From assembly GCF_009914755.1 (NCBI RefSeq), contig NC_060942.1: 64,000 bases of DNA; one strand, written 5' to 3'. This document shows positions 53,201-64,000 of this stretch, in pieces (position 1 is the first letter of the stretch; each line of letters begins with the position of its first letter). A program made the position numbers and the translations under genes. The notes under the pieces were generated by a model. That model did not search any database and had not been told where the DNA came from. It saw only the letters and a list, made by a program, of their open reading frames with translations. Origin of the DNA: the human T2T-CHM13v2.0 reference genome, Homo sapiens.

Positions 53201-54094
53201 TATTATTTTCCCAAGAAGATCTTATATCTCTCAAGATCATGAAAATCATTTTGAAAAATTTTTTCAGTACTTTATAGTTTTTTAAAAATTTTAACTCAGA
53301 GATCAAATAACATCAGTTTATTGGGGGTCCATTGTAAGGTACTGATATCTTTTCCATATGGTGGCTAATTGTGTCAGCATTGAAGCACTTGTCTCTTCCC
53401 TACAAGTTGAAAGACTATTTCTATCCATAAACCAAATTCCAGTATTGGATTCTGTACTCTTTCCTCAGTTTGGTTTATCTACTTATGTACGGCAACTCCC
53501 ACACTATCTCATGACCACAGCTTTATCATTTGTCTTGATATATGATTGGGTTAGTTCAATGCTTTTTCCATCTCCTTTCAGAGATGCAAATTCATCTTCT
53601 ATCATAGCCAAAGAAGACCAACAAAGACCAACAGAGGCCATGTCTCGCATTCAGCTCCAACAGCAGGCAGTAGATTTGTTACAGAGACTAAAACCCACCT
53701 TATTGCCAAGTGACCCTCCTCTCACCAGCCTCCCCTGCTTCCACCCAAATTCCTGCCACTGAACTACTCCTCAAAATAAAACACAGCTGTAAAATGCACA
53801 CCTGTTTTGGATTAGTTACAATAAATCAGGATCTGTATTTATTTCAGTTCCCCAGACAGGTGAAGAACAAGCTGCGTTTATAGCAAGCCAACTAGAAAGC
53901 AGAAGAAAATTCCAGTCACGAGTTTTTGTTTTTCCTCTTAGGGCAAAGGAGGTTACACTTGAGGAGCCTAAATTTCTTGTTGTTTCCAAACTCCTGTGAG
54001 TCTTTACAGAAATGCCTCTAAAAGTTGTAGTATTCTCTCTCTAGATCCATCTAACTGAGCCCATGGTTTCCAAACTTTAATGCCCAAGAGAATC

Positions 54095-54223
54095 CTCAGA
54101 CCGCATATTAAAAATGCAGGTTCAGGCCTGCATTTATTTCTCAGACAGCATATTAAAAATGCAGGTTCAGGCCTGCATTTATTTCTCAGACAGCATATTA
54201 AAAATGCAGGTTCAGGCCTGCAT
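54095..54223 (+). repeat. 45-bp tandem triplication
   Basis: Unit ctcagacagcatattaaaaatgcaggttcaggcctgcatttattt starts at 54095, 54140 and 54185. Confidence 0.95.
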
Positions 54224-54230
54224 ATTTTTT

Positions 54231-54552
<322 letters not shown>

Positions 54553-55706
54553 CTATGTTGTTCTTTTAAACACGCACCTCATCAGGTGATTCCAATGCAA
54601 ATAGTCCAGGCCCTCACTTTAAGACACTGCCCTGGGGACTCCAAGCAGAGTAGAACCACCTGAACACGAGACATCCAAATCCTTAGTGCAGGCTGTTTGC
54701 CAGGACATGTTTCTGTAATGAGTTAGCTCTGTGAGATCGGTCTACAAGAGAATGATGTCAGTATAACCAACACGTGGCATTGGTTCATACGCAGTTTTTC
54801 TTTGGCAAAGGGAACCAGAATAGCTGGAATAAATTACAGAAAATTGAGCAGGAAAACAAGCCTTTGACTCAGCCTCTGCATTGGCAGCAGGGGCCCTGTT
54901 AAGTTGTATTTTAACAGAATTTCAAATGCAGCCTGCCCTCAGTGGTCCTCTCTCCTAAGAAGCAAACTCCAAGCCCGTGTGTCTAAGGGCAGGTTGAGCG
55001 GCGCCCCCAGACCCACTTTAACAGCAGCTTTGCTGGCTCAGAGACCCACTTCTGTCTTTGAGGTCTCCGCACCCTCAAGCTGGCTCCATCTGAAAGATCT
55101 CCAGCATCTCCACTCTGTTGTGTGTTTTTAATATCTGCCATGGTGGCCTCCTGCCAGCCTGGGCCACCTCCCTGGGCAGTCCAAGTGAGTTTCCCGGGCA
55201 CATGTTTTGATTTTATTAGTTTCTGGTTTCAAAATGGTCTGTTTCCTAAGTGACCTCTTGGGGATGCTAATTTTCCCCAAAGCCCTTACACTTTAAGGGT
55301 GTGATTTTTCAGAATGTGAGGTGTTTCTGGGATGCATATATGGCACTAGGACAGGAACGCCTTATGTGTGAAGAATACCCATTGCCTCTGTTTGAAAAGT
55401 GCTATTGAATAACCTGATGCTGTGTTCCTTGGCTAAGATTGTGGGAAATCACGGGCAAGGACTCCCGAATCCCCAAGAAAGTACATCACAAGCTGTATAG
55501 CCTTTAGCTCTCTGCAGCCCTACTCAGGGGAGGTGGAACTTGGAACCCCCCAGGATTTAGCTCCATATGGGCTCCAGGACTCTCAACCACAGCTGTGCCT
55601 CAGTTACCCAGGGTCAGCTGGAGCTTCCATAAGGCACGCACGCCTGAGCTCTACCCTCGATCTATTGAAATAAGGACCTCCGGGGTGGGGCTTGTACGTC
55701 TGTATA

Positions 55707-56036
55707 CAGTTAGCCTCTGTATCCGTGGGTTTTAAATTTGTGGATTCAACCAATCATGGACCCAAGAGATTTGGGGAAAAATTGCATCTTTACTGAATGT
55801 GTACAGACTTTTAAAATTGTTACTCTCAGCAATAGAGTATAACAACTATTCACGTAGCATTTACATTGTATTAGGTGTTATAAGTAATTGGAGATGATTT
55901 GAAGTGAACAGGAGGATGTATATAAGTTATTTGCAAATACTATGCCATTTTATATCAGAGACATGAGCATCCTCAGATTTTGGTATCTGAGGGGGGTCCT
56001 GGAACCAATCCCCTACAGATACCAAGAGACAAGTCT
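55707..56036 (+). mobile_element. Tigger3-like TcMar MITE
   Basis: ta-cagttagcctctgtatccgtggg...gtggattcaaccaa...ggtcctggaaccaatcccctacagatacc; TA flanks. Confidence 0.82.
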
Positions 56037-56050
56037 ATTTAGAAGTTACA

Positions 56051-56320
56051 GGCTGGGCACAGTGGCTCACACCTGTAATCCCAGCACTTTGGGAGGCCAA
56101 GGCAAGAGAATCACTTGGGGCCAGGAGTTCGAGACCATCCTGGGCAACATGGCAAAACCCCATCTCTACTAAAAATAGAAAAATTAGCCAGGTGTAGTGG
56201 CATGTGCCTGTAGTCTCAGCTGCTCGTGAGCCTGAGGTGGGAGGATCACCTGAGGTCCAGGCTGTAGTAAGCAGTAACCAGGCCACTGCACTCCAACCTG
56301 GGTGACAGAGACCCAGTCTT
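56051..56320 (+). mobile_element. Alu (AluJ-like)
   Basis: ggctgggcacagtggctcacacc...gtgacagagacccagtct. Confidence 0.9.
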
Positions 56321-56967
56321 GGGGGGGAGAAAAAGTTTCCATATGATTGTGTAGCTCAGCCAAGGCTCTCAACCTTGGAAGTATAGAGAATCACCTGGGA
56401 GCTTTTAGAGCTTCCAACGCCCACACTGCAGACCAAATCACATCAGAATGTCTGAGGGCAAAACCCAGGCAGCTGAATGTTCTAAAGCTCCCAGGTGATT
56501 CCATGCATAGCTAGGGTTGAGGGCTTGGCTTTGGGGTCTTTTCTAATCTGAGAAGGATCCTATACTCTGTGGACTGGGGCTATTGGAACTTCAGTGTGTG
56601 TATGAATCTCCTACGAGTCTGGTTGAGAATGCAGATTCTGATTCAGTAGGACTGGAACAGGGCTTCTGAGCCTGCATTTCTAACCAGCTGGTCCGCGGAC
56701 TACACCAAGAGTTGCACAACTGCAGGCACTAATGACTCTTTATTGATTATTTAACCCTGACTGAGGATAATAACTGTAGTAAGCCAGGACATTAAACTGC
56801 AGGTCCAGGACAGTTAATGGTATTTGGCAGAAGTGGCACAGCAGGCTTTGTGATTAAAAAGAAAACAAATGTTTGTGTTCCTCCCTGGGTCAGCTAAGGA
56901 ATGGTACTGACAAGAGGCATGCTGGCCACACTCTAAGAGATGAGTGACTAGAAACCTCCGCCCTTCT

Positions 56968-57296
<329 letters not shown>

Positions 57297-58111
57297 CTAA
57301 GATCTGGCTTATCAGCCCTCTGGAGTCATTGTTTTAATAGTTTTTATTTTGGGAGAATACAATTGAGTATGCAAATGAACTCAAGATCTCAGGTGGTTCT
57401 TAAATCCGAGCACTGTATTACAAGATGGTTTAGATCAGCTGCCTTGTATTTTTCTATGCCCTAAAAACATTTACTAGAGCCCTGTGATGTGCCCTGCCTG
57501 TTACTGGATGGCCATGCAGATTTTCAGGCTGCTGCATACTCTGCCTGTACCACCTGCCTAGTAACTAGCCTGAACTTAGATTAACATGAAGTTTCATACC
57601 ACATCAGCTCAAATCTGCTTAGCATAGAAGAAGTAAATTTTCTGCTGATACTTAAAACACAACTGGGAATTAGTGGGCTATGGTGGCAGTTTGCCACCTT
57701 TGAAGGCATGAACTCTCAAGGTGTGAATACATACATCATTTAGTAGGAACTATTGGACTTGCACGTCAAGGCCTCTGTCTCTAGGTCTCTCTCTCACCCC
57801 CGGCTTTCTGTTTAAATCAGTCAATCCTCATATTGTGGGCAAATCCAGGAAAGACGGCACATCTAGACTTGCTCATTCTTTCCAAATAGCACATAATAGT
57901 CCTATTGATTAACTAAATGCCTCTTAGAAACCAAAACACCCTTGGTTTCTTCAACCTTTAGTTCAGCTGGGTTTGATCATCTGTTCAGTCCTACAGGCTG
58001 ATGGGGGCACCTCTTTCCTGGCTATACGCCCAGCTCGTGGCTGCAAGGCTGATGTTTTCCTGGCCACTGGTAAAATCCCTGGCAAGAAAGTGACCAGAAG
58101 CTTTCCTCTGA

Positions 58112-58436
<325 letters not shown>

Positions 58437-58499
58437 AAACCTTGAGAACTTACTGGGTGCCTGGCACTATGCTAAGTTCTCTTTTTAAACATAGTTACA

Positions 58500-60180
<1,681 letters not shown>

Positions 60181-60294
60181 ACCGTTTGTAAATGGTATCT
60201 AGATCTGCTAATGAATTCTCTTAAAAACATTATACTTAGTGTATTCTGTTGCTTTATGTTTAATTTTAAATTGAGCATTAAGGGAATGCAGCAT

Positions 60295-60546
60295 TATATA
60301 TGTATATGTGTATATATATGTGTATATATGTATATATATGTGTATATGTGTGTATATATGTGTATATATGTATATATGTGTATATATGTATATATGTGTA
60401 TATATATGTATATATGTGTATATATGTATATATGTGTGTATATATATGTGTGTATATATGTATATATGTGTATATATATGTATATATATATGTGTGTGTA
60501 TATATATATGTGTGTGTATATATATATATGTGTGTATATATATATG
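60295..60546 (+). repeat. ~250-bp (TA/TG)n alternating purine-pyrimidine microsatellite
   Basis: tatatgtatatgtgtatatatatgtg... continuous with the FLAM tail. Confidence 0.95.
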
Positions 60547-60678
60547 TTTTTTTTTTTTCAGAGACAGGGTCTTGCTATGTTGCCCAGGCTGGTCTTGAAC
60601 TCCTGGGCTCAAGCGAGTCCAACGGCCTTGGACTCCCAAAGTACTGGGATTACAGGCATGAGCCCCTGCACCTAGCCA
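60547..60678 (-). mobile_element. Alu left monomer (FLAM-like)
   Basis: poly(T)-cagagacagggtcttgctatgttgcccagg...gcacctagcc. Confidence 0.85.
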
Positions 60679-60739
60679 GGAATGCAGTATTTTAATTGGA
60701 ACTCTGCCAACACTTTTATCTAGAGGCATGTTGCCATTT

Positions 60740-60748
<9 letters not shown>

Positions 60749-60775
<27 letters not shown>

Positions 60776-60863
60776 GTATTTATTGATCATTCTTGGGTGT
60801 TTCTCAGAGAGGGGGATGTGGCAGGGTCATAGGATAATAGTGGAGAGAAGGTCAGCAGATAAA
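60749..60863 (-). mobile_element. Extremely 5'-truncated SVA (3' end of SINE-R plus poly(A))
   Basis: T-tract-agtatttattgatcattcttgggtgtttctcagagagggggatgtggcagggtcataggataatagtggagagaaggtcagcagataaa matches the SVA 3' end; 14-bp TSD catttttgtcttct at 60735-60748 and 60864-60877. Confidence 0.9.
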
Positions 60864-61298
60864 CATTTTTGTCTTCTATAAAACTTTTGTCCCAAGAAAG
60901 TCAGGATTACAAAGAATGAGGATGAGAATGTCATGCGTTGCTCTGAAAGAAGAAATTGTAGTTAGGGATGAGAAAAGCAACTTGAAGCACCGTGCAGGAT
61001 CTCAGTCTTGAAGCAGCAGGTAGGCTGAGCTAGAAACAAGGTGGGCAAAGGAATTCCAGACAGAAAGATGGACCATCCACCACATGTTTTCCAGGTGAGG
61101 AAACCAGCTTGTACTCCTGCTTTGCCTCTCAGAGATAGACAGAGGCAAAAGGCAGAAAGTCCTGAGTGCTAGGTGAATATGATAGTATCTTCCTTGATCT
61201 AATTAGCAATTTTTTGGAGATAATGAAGCACTAATAAAGCAAAGTTATATGTAAATCTCCAGCATTCACAAGAGAACCCAAGTGCAAGATTTGGATGG

Positions 61299-61597
61299 TG
61301 CTGGTTGCGGCAGCTCACGCCTATAATCCCAGCACGTTGGGAGGCTGAGGCGGGGCGGATCACAAGGTCAGGAGTTCGAGACCAGCCTGACCAACATGGT
61401 GAAACCCTGTCTCTACTAAAAAAAAAAAAACAAAAATCAGCCGGGTGTGGTGGGGCGCACCTGTAATCCCAGCTACTCAGGAGGCTGAGGCAGGAGAACC
61501 GCTTGAACCCAGGAGGCGGAGGTTGCAGTGAGCCAAGATCATGCCAGTCTGGGCAACAGAGTGAGACTCCATCTCAAAAAAAAAAAAAAAAAAAAAA
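61299..61597 (+). mobile_element. Alu (AluSg-like)
   Basis: Dimer; TSD aagatttggatggt. Confidence 0.93.
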
Positions 61598-61615
61598 GAT
61601 TTGGATGGTTTAGAA

Positions 61616-61893
61616 CAGGGGTCCCCAACCCCCAGCCCCAGGCCATGGACCAGTACCTGTCTGTCTCCTGTTAGGAACTGGGCCACGCAGCAGGAGGTGG
61701 GTGGCAGGACATGAACCCAGTTGTGAATGGTGCATACAAGGGATCTAGGTTGCACAGTCCTTACGAGAATCTAATGCCTGATGATCTGAAGTGGAACAGT
61801 TTCATCCTGAAACCATCCCCGCCCCGTTCCGGCTGTGGAAAAATTGTCTTCCGCAAAACCAGTCCCTGGTGCCAAAATGTTTGGGGACTGCTG
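61616..61893 (+). mobile_element. MER1B-like hAT-Charlie element
   Basis: Termini caggggtccccaacc...ttggggactgctg; 8-bp TSD-like gtttagaa/gtttgaaa. Confidence 0.85.
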
Positions 61894-62068
61894 GTTTGAA
61901 ACAAACCAACCCATTCCCAGAGCCAAAAGAGTAACTAATAGGAAGCACGTCCTATTAGCAGAGAGTTGGCCTCAGCATCTTTTATGTGAAGGCAACCAAA
62001 GAATGTGCTCAGGAAAATAAAGGCCATAAAGTGGTGGAGACAAACGATCATTAGAATCACACCTAACT

Positions 62069-62372
62069 GGCTGGGCATGGTGGCTCACGCCTGTAATCCC
62101 AGCACTTTGGGAGGCCGAGGCATGTGGATCACCTGAGGTCAGGAGTTCGAGACCAGCCTGATCAACATGGAGAAACCCCATGTCTACTAAGAATACAAAA
62201 TTAGCCAGGCATGGTGGCCCATGTCTGTCATCCCAGCTAATCAGGAGGCTGAGGCAGGAGAATCACTTGAACCTGGGGGGCAGAGGTTGCGGTGGGCCGA
62301 GATCACACCATTGGCCTGGGCAACAAGAGTGAAACCTCGTTTCAAAAAAAAAAAAAGAAGAAGAAGAAAGAA
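62069..62372 (+). mobile_element. Alu (AluSp-like)
   Basis: aacatggagaaacccc; TSD aatcacacctaact. Confidence 0.94.
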
Positions 62373-63164
62373 AATCACACCTAACTATACTTGGCATTTA
62401 CTCTAGTATTGTATGGCTACTTATCCAGTCAATAATTGATTGTCTATTACATGGCAGGCACTACTCTAGGGACTTGGGTTATATCAGCGAACAGAATACA
62501 CTGAACAAATTCCCTTCCATCACGGAGCTCAATTCTGTGCTTAGTGCTGATTCCTGATCAGGAAGATTCTTAATTACCAGAGCCCAAGAACACATTTCCT
62601 TACTGTACACTTGTGATCCCATGACCCCATACAGAAATGCAACTCCCTCTGGGGCGAACCTGGGCAGCTGTGCAGGAGCACAGACGCAGCACTTCTGATT
62701 TAAGGGTGAGGATGATCTTACCCTGGTGTGGCTGCCGAGAAACTTAAGATGGGCAGGCTGTCAGGCCTTGCCTCTGAGTTGGATGAGGAAAGTGAGCTCA
62801 AAACCAAGGTGAAGAGTTGGCAGTGTGACCCTTGAAGATGATTCAAGTTAGCCTGGGGTACCCTCTCTGTTTTCCACTCCCAAACTGGGATTAACTTTAT
62901 AATCTTCCATAAATATAGAGAAACTGGGGGCTTTCCAATATTAGCCTGGGTAGGTACTATTTCAAGACAACAGCAAGATGGCCTTGCATTCTAAAAGAGA
63001 GAAAGGGAGACAGGAAGTGAACATACCTAGAGATGCATGTTTAGGCAGGAGATAGTCTACAATATGGCCTTGTTCTTAGAACATTAGAGAGATGGAGTTT
63101 TTCTCAGCATGCTAAAAACGGTATGCAGATGAAGAGAAAATACTAGGAAGTAAACTGCTGGTCA

Positions 63165-63525
<361 letters not shown>

Positions 63526-64000
63526 AAAAGAGTGGGCAAATTTATTGCTATGACTACCAACCCAGGATTTTAACCATTTCAAATTTTTAGGTCCCCATAA
63601 ACCTCAAATGTCTGAGAATAAATATTTAAAATGTCTTTTGAATTTGTTATGGAGAGAGTCACCTATCTTTTTGTGAACAGTATTATTTTTAAAAGTTGAA
63701 TTTAATTCCCAGTGACCCCCAGTGCTTCTGTGTCATATCTGTGATGATAGTTAGCCACTTGCTGTAAATTTGGCTACATTGTATACGTGTGTAGAAAATA
63801 CAGGTATCTCCTACAACTAAATAGAAACTTTTTGCGTGGGTAAAAGAATCTCAAATATGCCAGTCCCTGTGGCAAAATTTTCCTGCTTTACTCAAAGGAA
63901 AATAAACACCACAGATAGAAAGATCGTATTTCTAACTCCAGGCTGCATGGAACTGCTCTTAAATGTACAGCTTCCATTCACATTTCTGGTTATCCCTTGA

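Noticed and set aside
54095-54223. CRISPR-like reading of the hairpin-containing 45-bp repeats
   Set aside because: The intervening sequence is identical between units (no spacers); explained by duplication at an Alu junction.
60208-60729. Tyr/Ile/His/Cys/Val-rich ORFs
   Set aside because: Translations of the (TA/TG)n microsatellite plus FLAM.

Overview
Human (primate) genomic DNA lying entirely within the ALPK2 (alpha-protein kinase 2, heart alpha-kinase) gene on the minus strand. Six coding exons are present, with GT-AG junctions and reading phases that chain correctly by hand: a giant 3391-nt exon (24866..21476), two exons encoding the C-terminal Ig-like domain (148 and 128 nt), a 36-nt linker mini-exon, and the first two alpha-kinase exons (275 and 89 nt). 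They are probably exons 5-10; the numbering is from memory of the RefSeq model. Positions 24867-64000 are one long intron, rich in Alus (about 24 Alu-family elements in the window), MaLR/ERV LTRs, L1 fragments and DNA transposon fossils. It also holds a ~1.3-kb 27-bp VNTR and a tiny 5'-truncated SVA. I found no prokaryotic-type system, CRISPR array, RNA gene or second protein-coding gene, and nearly all other ORF-track entries are repeat-derived or chance. Most interesting observations: (1) a duplicated 13-aa motif (P[RK][LI]LESSVDP[VI]DE) in the low-complexity giant exon, with near-saturated synonymous sites, suggesting a protein-level-constrained short linear motif; (2) a 45-bp hairpin-containing triplication replacing an Alu 5' end; (3) a minimal SVA delivering a sense-strand poly(A) signal; (4) higher-order structure and G-quadruplex potential in the VNTR; (5) a 35-bp local duplication into an LTR. 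Repeat subfamily names are by-eye calls and their boundaries are approximate.
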